The position numbers were made by a program, and so were the translations under genes. DNA of 64,000 bases from Bdellovibrionales bacterium (GTDB lineage: Bacteria; Bdellovibrionota; Bdellovibrionia; Bdellovibrionales; UBA1609), in the NCBI GenBank assembly GCA_965200875.1, contig OZ241456.1, positions 1,664,001 to 1,728,000 on the forward strand, written 5' to 3'. Under the pieces are notes generated by a model. It ran no database searches and was not told the DNA's origin. It saw only the letters and a program-made list of their open reading frames with translations. Positions 18,489 through 27,004 of the stretch are shown in pieces (the first letter of the stretch is position 1; each line of letters starts with the position of its first letter).

Positions 18489-19901
18489 CTAAGCGGGAGG
18501 TTCTGCAGTATCAATTAAATAACTAATCATTTTGTCCCAGACTAAAAAGGTTTCCGCGTGATCATAATCCTCTTCAGAAGGATTTTTACCTTTAGCAGTG
18601 GCTTTCAAATAATCTCTTATCTCCTTAGAGGAAGCAGATATATTTAATTTTCGAGCCAAGTCAAACATCAAATACGCAGAGTGCACCATAAAGCGTGCCT
18701 CTTCCTGAAACTCCTTTTCTTGTTCCTTTTTGTATTTTTCAATTTCCTGTTCTGTCATACCTTTTTCTTTTAAAGAGTTTACAGAGGAGGATATAATATT
18801 TTGTTTTTGTCGTTCCACCACTCCTTCCGGCAAAAAAGAGATAGGGTTTTTCTCCACCAATTGCCTGAGCACCTGATCCTTTAGGATTTGATAAACTTTA
18901 TCTCTCTTGAGACCTTTCAGAAAATAGCCCACAAGCTTCTTGAGCTCTGTCATGTCTTTACATTTACAAATTTTAAAAAGTTCATCATCATTCGGCAGAA
19001 CCTGTTTTTTTATCTCCATTAATTTTACTTCCACATTCATGGGCTGACCCACTTGCTCTTTGACATGATATTCTTCAGAAAAGACCACTGGGATTTTTTT
19101 TTGCTCACCAGTTTGCATACCTAAAATACCTTCTATAAGCCCTTTAAGTGGAAAATTCTCTGGCTCTTTTTTCACTTCCAGAAACAATGGTTTTCCTTCC
19201 TTCAATAACTGTATATCTGTTTTACTCGGGCCGTTTACATCCACCGGCGGATTTGGCTTTTCTTCTGCGGAGGAGGGGGCACCGGCGAAGTTTTTTTCCT
19301 CTACGGATTTGTTTTCCCCGGCAGGGTTATTTTCTTCCGAAAGAAGACTTTTTGGAGGTTCAGCTTTTTTCTGCACTGCCTGATTGATTTTCAGTTCCAC
19401 AAAATCATTCCAACTCACTGGTTTTCTCTCCGTTAAAGGTACATATTTTGCAGAACTCACTTGAATATATTTCACATATCGATCCACTTCCTCTTCTGTT
19501 ACTTCCACTGAAGGTTTTGAGAGTTGAACTTTAAAAGATTTATCTATGTCAAATTCCGGTTGAACGTCCAATACAATGGAAAAGTCAAAAGCTTGGCCTT
19601 CTTCACAGGAGGACTTGAAATCAAGTTTTTCTATATCACCAGCTGGTTCAATTTGCTCCTGTTCCAAAACCTCTAAATAAAACTTGTCAACAAGACTGAT
19701 AGCTGTGTCTTTTGTCACTTCCTCCTGATATAAAGCTCTTATCTGATTAAGAGGAACTTTCCCTTTTCTGAACCCGGGCAGATGTGCCTTTTGTTGCTTT
19801 TTTTTATAGTGTTCATCAAAACCTTTTTGAACTTGCTCAGGGGATAGGTGAATGTCCAGCTTTTTTTTCAAACCACTTAAAGTGCTTATTTTATATTTCA
19901 T
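18489..19901 (-). CDS. tig: Trigger factor with low-complexity insertion in the FKBP region
   Basis: LPGFRKGKVP signature; start moved to ATG at 19901. Confidence 0.88.
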   Translation of the reverse strand: MKYKISTLSGLKKKLDIHLSPEQVQKGFDEHYKKKQQKAHLPGFRKGKVPLNQIRALYQEEVTKDTAISLVDKFYLEVLEQEQIEPAGDIEKLDFKSSCEEGQAFDFSIVLDVQPEFDIDKSFKVQLSKPSVEVTEEEVDRYVKYIQVSSAKYVPLTERKPVSWNDFVELKINQAVQKKAEPPKSLLSEENNPAGENKSVEEKNFAGAPSSAEEKPNPPVDVNGPSKTDIQLLKEGKPLFLEVKKEPENFPLKGLIEGILGMQTGEQKKIPVVFSEEYHVKEQVGQPMNVEVKLMEIKKQVLPNDDELFKICKCKDMTELKKLVGYFLKGLKRDKVYQILKDQVLRQLVEKNPISFLPEGVVERQKQNIISSSVNSLKEKGMTEQEIEKYKKEQEKEFQEEARFMVHSAYLMFDLARKLNISASSKEIRDYLKATAKGKNPSEEDYDHAETFLVWDKMISYLIDTAEPPA

Positions 19902-20012
19902 ATATACCCCCTTTAAAGCGGACTGTTTTTTACATATATAAATTATCAAAACATTTGACAAATGTTTTATTTGAATCAAACCGGAAAAGCGGGTAAAACA
20001 TTCATTGGATTC

Positions 20013-20969
20013 ATGCGCTTTTTTTACTTATTGTTGTTTTTTTCTCTGATTGGCTGTTCCTCTTTAAAAAAGAGCGACAATTCTGTTTCCAAATTGGTGA
20101 ATGTTGACCCACAGGATATGACTCTTTTTGAAAAAGCCTTTCAGAACTTGGGGATGGAAAATTACACAGCTGTTATTTCCGTATTTGAAAAGCTGGCTGA
20201 GAAATACCGGAACTCTGATTTGGAATTGGCAGCTCTTTACAATTTGGCCAGTGCCTTAAAAGAGCTTGGGCAATGTAAAAAAGCCGAAAAAATCCTCCAA
20301 AAACTAATCACAAACGCCAAAAAACAAACGCATTTAAAGCCTCGAGTTTATCTCTCTTTGTCATACATATACGAATGTCTGGGACAGGAGGAAAAAGCCC
20401 TTATAGCTTTAAAAGAGGGCCTGCAATACATAACGCATCTAACAGAGGATATTCGCCTTATTGAATACCCTGCCCGGCTTTCCCTAGCTTATATAAGAGT
20501 GGATGAAGATGAAACAGGTCTTAAAATACAAAAACAAGTTTACCAAAACCTAGAAACTGTCAAAAAAAAGTTTCGTATCAGTTCCGCCGCGGATGAAAAT
20601 TTTTCCAGATACTTTTATCTCATAGGGCGTTCGCATATTCATGTACAGCATATAAATCTGCAAAAGTTTTTAAAAATGTTTGTGTACTATCAAGCCTACC
20701 TTACTCAGTCTCTCTTGTTAAAAGCCGGAAAATGGTCTCAAAAGGCGGAAAAAGAAATAAACTCTCTTTATCGTAAAATGTGGACTGTATTGGAAAAACA
20801 ACAGAAAAAAAACACATATAAAATTCAAGTGACAAAGATTTTAAATCAGATGAAAAAAATAACAAAAAAAGCAAAGAATAAAAAACTGCATGCTCTTTAC
20901 AAGACCTTAAGAAAGAAAACCTTGTCTTTTATGCAGAAAAACAAAGTCCCAAAAAAGCACAGGAAATAA
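20013..20969 (+). CDS. TPR-containing lipoprotein
   Basis: MRFFYLLLFFSLIGC lipobox; TPR-like ALYNLA..L..LG motif. Confidence 0.8.
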   Translation: MRFFYLLLFFSLIGCSSLKKSDNSVSKLVNVDPQDMTLFEKAFQNLGMENYTAVISVFEKLAEKYRNSDLELAALYNLASALKELGQCKKAEKILQKLITNAKKQTHLKPRVYLSLSYIYECLGQEEKALIALKEGLQYITHLTEDIRLIEYPARLSLAYIRVDEDETGLKIQKQVYQNLETVKKKFRISSAADENFSRYFYLIGRSHIHVQHINLQKFLKMFVYYQAYLTQSLLLKAGKWSQKAEKEINSLYRKMWTVLEKQQKKNTYKIQVTKILNQMKKITKKAKNKKLHALYKTLRKKTLSFMQKNKVPKKHRK

Positions 20970-21684
20970 AAAAGATAGAAATCGTCTAAATGTCGTCTCC
21001 ATGTCGTCTAGGTGCCGTCTCCATGTCGTCTGAGTGTCGTCTAACCGGATTAACATATTTATTCCATACAGCTCTCGAAAAATACACATAATATCAATAC
21101 TTTACAATACCATGTCGTCTAAGTGTCGTCTAACTTGCGTCTCATGTTGTCGTCTAAATGTCGTCTAACCGGATTAACATATTTATTCCATACAGCTCTC
21201 GAAAAATACAAATAATGTCAATACCTTACAACCACATGTCGTCTGAGTGTCGTCTCATGTTGTCGTCTGAGTGTCGTCTCCATGTCGTCTAACCGGATTA
21301 ACATATTTATTCCATACAGCTCTTGAAAAAATCCCATAATGTCAATACCTTACAACCACATGTCGTCTGAGTGTCGTCTGAATTTTTGGAAGAAATCTTT
21401 ATATGATGAACCACTTATTTTCTCATACCTCACTGGCAGGGTGAAAATATGCGTGTTTTCCACACACGCACTTTTCAGCTTAGGCTCGCTCAAAGTCGAA
21501 CTTGCCTCAAGGTCAAGTATTGGAAAGAGCTTTTTCACTGACACTTTTTGCAGGAAAACAAAAGGTTTTATTGTAAAACCTTGCAATTATTTTCCGAACT
21601 GCTTATAAAAAAATCAAGTGATAGCAAAAGGAACCTTACTAAGCAGAAAAACAAAGTCCCAAAAAAACCACAGGAAATAAAAAA
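20933..21684. repeat. ~41-bp imperfect direct repeat flanking a ~0.7-kb intergenic insert
   Basis: GCAGAAAAACAAAGTCCCAAAAAA(G/AC)CACAGGAAATAAAAAA at 20933-20973 and 21643-21684. Confidence 0.85.
20980..21379. repeat. Nested array: clusters of TGTCGTCT boxes mostly at 11-bp spacing, separated by three near-identical 70-bp linkers (124-bp period)
   Basis: Boxes at 20991, 21002, 21013, 21024, 21035; 21113, 21124, 21135, 21148, 21159; 21237, 21248, 21261, 21272, 21283; 21361, 21372. Linkers start AACCGGATTAAC at 21043, 21167, 21291. Confidence 0.95.
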
Positions 21685-21685
21685 C

Positions 21686-22900
21686 ATGATAACAATAAAA
21701 GAGCTTTTGCATCAAAAAATCGTTAAATATTATGATACAGTTCAAAACTGGTTTAATACAAAAAGCCAAAAGCTTTCTTTTCCTTTTTACTCCAGTTTCG
21801 ACTTGCGGGATTCTTCCGTCAAAATCACTCCCGTGGATGCCAATTTGTTTCCCGCAGGCTTTAATAACATTTGTGAAGTAGATCGGGAAAGCGCGATTCA
21901 TTTGTGCAAAGCTTATTTAAAAACTTATTTTCCAGAAGTTCAAAGCATCATTCTTTTGACGGAAGAGCACACGCAAAATCCGTTTTATTGGGATAATATA
22001 TATTCGTTAAAAACTCTTTTGGAAAACAGTGAAGTTGCTTCCGTATTTATTTGTGTGCCAGGTAAAAAGATACAGGAAGAAAAGACAATCATAAGTGCGA
22101 GTGGACATTCTCTCAAAGTGTTTTTACTGAAAAATAAAATCCTCAAAGGAGAACTTGTTATCAGCAATAATGATTTTTCTGTGGATTACCAAATGGATCT
22201 TTCCGTACCTGTCACTCCTCCTGTTTCTGCTGGCTGGCATATCCGCAGAAAACATTCTTTTTTTAAAGAATATAATCTTTTAGCCAAAGAGTTTGCGAAA
22301 TTAATTCAGGTGGAGCCGGAATATTTAACCTTGAAAACCAAAAGATTTTTGGATTTTCAGCCCGATGATCCAAAATGTCTAAAAAGATTAAAAGAAGAGG
22401 TAGAAATATTTTTATCTGAACTACACCCGATATATAAAAATATTCTTTATAAACAAGATGAACAAAAACCTTTTTTATTTTTAAAAAACAACTCCGGCAC
22501 TTATGGTTTGGGAATGACAACAATTTCCTCTTCCACAGACATAGAAAATTGGAACTATAAAATCAGAAAAAAAATGAAAGCCACAAAAGGCGGAAGGAAA
22601 GTGACAGAGCTTATCATTCAGGAAGGTATTGCTTCACACATAAAAAAGGAAGGTTCCGTGGCAGAACCAGTTATTTATTGTATTGGACGACATTTGGCAG
22701 GCGGTTTTTTACGCACGCATAAACAAAAAGGCACAAGAGATAATTTAAACAGTCCAGGGGCTGTGTACCGCACTCTTTGCATTTCCGACTTGGAAATTGA
22801 AGTGGAAGGCAAATCTATGGAAAATGTTTATGGCTGGATCGCAAACTTAGGTTCTCTGGCTTTGGCTTATGAGCTTCAATCTCTTTCCAACTCTGATTAA
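21686..22900 (+). CDS. gshA: Glutamate-cysteine ligase (PF08886-type GshA)
   Basis: FYSSFDLRD, PVDANLFPAGFNN, K..SGTYGLG, QEGI, AEPVIY, NLNSPG; start moved to ATG at 21686. Confidence 0.88.
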   Translation: MITIKELLHQKIVKYYDTVQNWFNTKSQKLSFPFYSSFDLRDSSVKITPVDANLFPAGFNNICEVDRESAIHLCKAYLKTYFPEVQSIILLTEEHTQNPFYWDNIYSLKTLLENSEVASVFICVPGKKIQEEKTIISASGHSLKVFLLKNKILKGELVISNNDFSVDYQMDLSVPVTPPVSAGWHIRRKHSFFKEYNLLAKEFAKLIQVEPEYLTLKTKRFLDFQPDDPKCLKRLKEEVEIFLSELHPIYKNILYKQDEQKPFLFLKNNSGTYGLGMTTISSSTDIENWNYKIRKKMKATKGGRKVTELIIQEGIASHIKKEGSVAEPVIYCIGRHLAGGFLRTHKQKGTRDNLNSPGAVYRTLCISDLEIEVEGKSMENVYGWIANLGSLALAYELQSLSNSD

Positions 22901-23092
22901 CCAGAAACCTATTCAAACAAACCTGACTAGATCTCAAAAACTTGCTTTAATCTCTTTTTCAATACCACCTATTCATTAGAAGATATGGATGACCAACCTT
23001 TCCTGGGGCTGGTTACCCTAATATGTGAAGTTACCCTTCTTATAAGGTATAAGGAGGGTTAATAAAACTTTTAACATAAAGGAGGTCATCCA

Positions 23093-24202
23093 ATGAAAAA
23101 GAACATACTCCATGTCGGGCTTGATGTCGATGATAAAGCCTTTCATGGCACAGCTTTTTACTCAAAAACAGGGGAAATATTTGAATTTTCCTGCCGACCC
23201 AATAATGCCTGTTTGCTGAAAAAACTGCAAACTCTCCAAAAAAAGGGCTTTAAACTCCATACTTGCTATGAAGCCACATACATCGGATACAGCCTGCACC
23301 GCTTTTTAATGAGTAAAGGCATTCAAAATAGCATCATTGCTCCATCTTTGATCCCAAAAAACCCAGGAAAATGTGTTAAAATTGATCGCATAGACAGTAA
23401 AAATCTGGCCATTTATTTCTCCAAAGAACTTCTTACAGCCATATGTGTACCAGACAAGAGTGATGAAGAGGTCCGGGATGTTATCCGTTCCAGAAGCTTT
23501 TTAGTTCGTCACAGAGCTTGCGTCAGAAGACATATTCTTTCCCTCAGTAGAAGACAGGGTTTAAATTATCGGGAAGAAAAAGGAAACAAATCTCATTGGA
23601 CAGGTTCTCATACAGACTGGCTTTTTCAAAAAGTAAAAACTTTAAGTGAAAGAGTTAAAAGCAATATAGGTAGGTTATTGGAACAGGAACAACAAATCAG
23701 TCAAAGTATTCAGGAATATGATGAACAGATAGTGCAGTTTTCTAAGAACCCTGAGTATAAAAGAAAAGCAGAAACTCTTTGTTGTTTCCGTGGAATAGAT
23801 ACTCTCTCTGCTATGACTTTGATTATAGAGATAGGAGATATAAGACGATTTGCCACTCCTAGGAAACTGTCCAGTTATGCGGGCTTTGATGTTAGAGAGT
23901 ATAGCTCAGGAGGTAAGGAAAGAAAGTTCAATATCAGTAAATTAGGGAATAAACAGATCAGAACAACGGTTGTGGAAGCCTGTCAGCAGTTAGATTACAG
24001 CTACAGGATAAGTCGCAGACTTAAGAACGCCCGTGAAGGTCAGCTAAAACAGGTGGTGGATATTGCAGATAAGTGCATAAGAAGATTGAGAAAAAGGTTT
24101 TTCCACTTATATAAGAGCGGTAAACAAAGAAACAAAATAAAAGTAGCTTGTGCAAGGGAATACTTAAGCTTTATTTGGGAAGCTTTACGAGAGGTTTCCT
24201 GA
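23093..24202 (+). CDS. IS110 family transposase/recombinase
   Basis: DEDD RuvC-like motifs VGLDV, CYEAT, KIDRID; C-terminal SYAG..EYSSGG..ISKLGN. Confidence 0.95.
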   Translation: MKKNILHVGLDVDDKAFHGTAFYSKTGEIFEFSCRPNNACLLKKLQTLQKKGFKLHTCYEATYIGYSLHRFLMSKGIQNSIIAPSLIPKNPGKCVKIDRIDSKNLAIYFSKELLTAICVPDKSDEEVRDVIRSRSFLVRHRACVRRHILSLSRRQGLNYREEKGNKSHWTGSHTDWLFQKVKTLSERVKSNIGRLLEQEQQISQSIQEYDEQIVQFSKNPEYKRKAETLCCFRGIDTLSAMTLIIEIGDIRRFATPRKLSSYAGFDVREYSSGGKERKFNISKLGNKQIRTTVVEACQQLDYSYRISRRLKNAREGQLKQVVDIADKCIRRLRKRFFHLYKSGKQRNKIKVACAREYLSFIWEALREVS

Positions 24203-24225
24203 TAAAGCTTTATTAGAGAAAAGTT

Positions 24226-24409
24226 ATTAGAGGAGGAGATATTTTTTAAGCCATGAGTGATGAAGCCCCCGAGGCCTGACATAGGCTATAAAGTGCCTGC
24301 TGTTTAGAATGGAGGATAACATCATTTTGTACAAACTTAATGCGGTAACCAGTACGCGGATATGAGTTTAAAAATCCATGTTGCTCATAAATATCTCCAT
24401 ACCTCTAAT
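24226..24409 (+). ncRNA. Candidate bridge/seek RNA in the IS right end
   Basis: Closing stems ATTAGAGG (24226-33)/CCTCTAAT (24402-09) and GGAGATATTT (24235-44)/AAATATCTCC (24389-98); IS1111-group elements encode their guide RNA 3' of the transposase. Confidence 0.6.
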
Positions 24410-24924
24410 TTTTATCATTGACAAGTTGGTCATCCATAGGAGTCCCTTACAGGCGGGAATCCCCTATGGAAAAAGTAATGTCAAGGACATACCCCTCCTC
24501 TGCAAAACTTTTTTTAAGCCTTGCGTTATGATCTCCTCTAAAGTGGTTTCTACGGAAGCCTCTTGCGTTAACAGTCTCAAAAGTCACTCTGCTTTATTGC
24601 AATATATAGTGAAAACAGTATTTTCACATTCACCTATTCGAACTCTCACCTCAAAAAAGTGGTGGGTTATAATAAAATCGGAAAATAGAGCGGGAGCTAA
24701 TCAAGATATAGAACGGAACAAAGCAGATCTCTGATTCTTTAAACGAACCAGACTTCTCACTACATCATGATATCCACTGACCAGTTTTCTTAAATTAATA
24801 AAAAATTCACCACTGTGATATACTTCCTTAAACATATTATCAAGGAAAATAACATACTTTTTCACGAGCGACTACTTACTAAAAAACATTAAAGTCATTT
24901 CCATCAATAACCGATAAACCTTGT

Positions 24925-25467
24925 ATGAAAACTATAAATCTATACAGATTTCCCAAACTCTACAATCCTGCGAAAGTAGGAATATCACCCAAAAAAGACA
25001 CTTATTTAAGACGAACTATAATAATAATTGTATTCATAATTTTGATGATTGGTTGCGCTACTCCATATCAACATCGCGGATGGAGAGGAGGATACTCTCA
25101 TCTGCAATTGGATAATAATGTTTTTAGAGTGAGATTTTCAGGCAATGGTTACACTAGTATGAGTAGAGCAATAGATTTTAATCTTTTAAGAAGTGCTGAA
25201 ATAACTTTAAGAAGAGGGTATAAATATTTTCAAGTAGTAAACTCTCGTTCTGGACATTCATACAGCTCTCACAGAACACCTGAAAGAGCAGAAACTTCTT
25301 TTTACGGAAATTCTGCCACAACAACAATTACTGGCGGAGAGACATATCATATTGCAAAGCCAAGCACTTCCCATATTATTGTATGTTTTAAACAACGTCC
25401 AAAAAATGGATTAAGTTACAATGCAAAATTGATTTACAAAACCTTAAAAAGAAGATATGGCCTATAA
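24925..25467 (+). CDS. Lipoprotein (CC0125/CC1285-like)
   Basis: MIGCATPYQ..GGYS..FRVRFSGNGYT..LLRSAEITL..GY.YF; true start uncertain. Confidence 0.75.
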   Translation: MKTINLYRFPKLYNPAKVGISPKKDTYLRRTIIIIVFIILMIGCATPYQHRGWRGGYSHLQLDNNVFRVRFSGNGYTSMSRAIDFNLLRSAEITLRRGYKYFQVVNSRSGHSYSSHRTPERAETSFYGNSATTTITGGETYHIAKPSTSHIIVCFKQRPKNGLSYNAKLIYKTLKRRYGL

Positions 25468-25548
25468 AATTTGATTCAGGTTTTAGTACTTGTAAAAAAA
25501 TCAAATAATAACAGTGCGTTAACAGCTTTTTCACGGAGGACTATCTAT

Positions 25549-26655
25549 TCAATAAAATGGTGTATAAGGAAAGGATTTACCTTGGCTTAAGAAATTATCT
25601 CTTACTTGCTCTCCCACTTTAGAAACCATCAAAGTAGCAACCTTTGGTAAAATAGTTTTACTTTGTTTCCAATCATCCAATGCTATACCATTTTTTGGGA
25701 GCATGTTTTCAGGCACATCAACTCTTAAAAGATGATCTCTACCTATTAGTAAACCAGCTTGACCAATAGCATTCATTGATTGAAGGTGCATAGCTCCATT
25801 AATAATTTTTCTCCAGTGCCAAATTCCTCCTCTGGTTATCATTTTGTTTTGAATAATATACGGAATTTCACCACATCCTATACTCAAAATTTTAATATTA
25901 TCCCTATGAACATCAAACGAAGATAAAGCTTCAACTAAACCAATCATACAAGGATTATTTGCCCACACTCCCCCATCAGCGAATATATATCCACTATCTC
26001 TAAAAGGTTTAAAAAAAGTTGGAGCAGAAGCCGTAGAAATAGCTACCTTTACCATTTTTTCCTCACCATCTTTTTTAAAATCAAGGTGATGAGGTGTCTT
26101 AAACACATAAACTTCACTATAACTTCCTTCAAAAGAAGGGATACATAAATGAACCTTACTTTCCTTTAGTTTTTTTTCTTTAAAGACTGATCCTAAAACA
26201 GAGCTTAGGTTGTCTATATTATAAGGGCAATATAAGTATTGTAAAAATTTTTTCCATAGCCTGTATTTGAATATATTTTTGCCTTTCTCTATATATAGCT
26301 TTGAAATTTCAGAAGCTTTCATCCCAGCTCCAAGGCCAAGCGCAATAATCCCTCCTGTAGAAGTGCCACAAATCAGATCAAAATAATTAACTATACTCTC
26401 ACCATTCAAGTATTTAGATTCCAATTCTCTTAGAAAACAGGCAGGAAATATACCTTTTATCCCACCACCATCTATACTGAGAATACGAAAAGTTCGCTCT
26501 GGGGGCCATTTATTTGGCACTCTCTTTATTTTTAAAATCCCTTTTGAGCGTCTTTCTGGATTATATTTTGAGTCTTTTATTTTTCTTTGTTTTTTTCTTT
26601 TTTGTAGGATGTCTCCCTCCTCCTTGCCAGCAACCTGTATAAAGCCAACCTTCAT
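25549..26655 (-). CDS. CBASS patatin-like phospholipase effector (CapV-like)
   Basis: ILSIDGGGIKG, GTSTGG, DGG; third gene of the CD-NTase operon; start uncertain. Confidence 0.9.
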   Translation of the reverse strand: MKVGFIQVAGKEEGDILQKRKKQRKIKDSKYNPERRSKGILKIKRVPNKWPPERTFRILSIDGGGIKGIFPACFLRELESKYLNGESIVNYFDLICGTSTGGIIALGLGAGMKASEISKLYIEKGKNIFKYRLWKKFLQYLYCPYNIDNLSSVLGSVFKEKKLKESKVHLCIPSFEGSYSEVYVFKTPHHLDFKKDGEEKMVKVAISTASAPTFFKPFRDSGYIFADGGVWANNPCMIGLVEALSSFDVHRDNIKILSIGCGEIPYIIQNKMITRGGIWHWRKIINGAMHLQSMNAIGQAGLLIGRDHLLRVDVPENMLPKNGIALDDWKQSKTILPKVATLMVSKVGEQVRDNFLSQGKSFPYTPFY

Positions 26656-27004
26656 AATAAAACAACCATAGACTTGTCCAAGGTATAATTGTATCAGCTA
26701 TAAATTTATCATGATTCCATTCTCCTTTTTTAGGATCAAAAAGACATAACTTGTCACCCTCATATACATGAGGGAGTTGTTTCTTTCCTTTGGCTAAAAT
26801 CAGCTCTGGTTTAATTACAGTGATTTTAGGAGACTGCTTGTGTACATACTCTATTTTAATTTTATATTTTGGACTCCAGTCTGTTGGTTGCAGTTCCCCA
26901 ATCCAGATTCCTTTTTTATAATTGCCCTTACTATTAAAAATTGGAAATTTTTCCTTTATTCCCTGATCTTGCTGGATTATGGAAATAGTACTTTTATGAT
27001 ACAT
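26561..27004 (-). CDS. CBASS stand-alone E2-like protein
   Basis: W.GELQPT..S..Y.I.I.Y, PHVY..LCL, W..WL..YE.W..G.W.GG..HP; start overlaps CD-NTase stop. Confidence 0.8.
   Translation of the reverse strand: MYHKSTISIIQQDQGIKEKFPIFNSKGNYKKGIWIGELQPTDWSPKYKIKIEYVHKQSPKITVIKPELILAKGKKQLPHVYEGDKLCLFDPKKGEWNHDKFIADTIIPWTSLWLFYYEGWLYTGCWQGGGRHPTKKKKTKKNKRLKI

Larger units (their letters stand above)
22984..24438 (+). mobile_element. IS110 family element, IS1111 group
   Basis: Perfect 14-bp subterminal IR TATGGATGACCAAC (22984-22997) / GTTGGTCATCCATA (24425-24438); partial internal IR GGTCATCCA just before the ATG; long 3' non-coding end; exact termini uncertain by a few bp. Confidence 0.88.

Noticed and set aside
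20980..21379. CRISPR array
   Set aside because: The long segments are near-identical rather than unique spacers, the unit sizes do not fit, and no cas genes are present
21548..21685. 46-aa N-terminal extension of GshA
   Set aside because: Derives from the insert and duplicated gene end; the ATG at 21686 behind CAGGAAA is the better start
24378..24734. 118-aa ORF spanning the IS right end
   Set aside because: Crosses the IS boundary and has no recognisable motif; probably spurious
24520..25530. Integron attC sites around the lipoprotein (GCGTTA motifs)
   Set aside because: No properly spaced complementary R and L boxes, and no integron integrase
26590..26612. -1 frameshift at A_AAA_AAG fusing E2 to patatin
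   Set aside because: The patatin is in the +1 frame relative to E2, so a -1 slip would not produce the fusion
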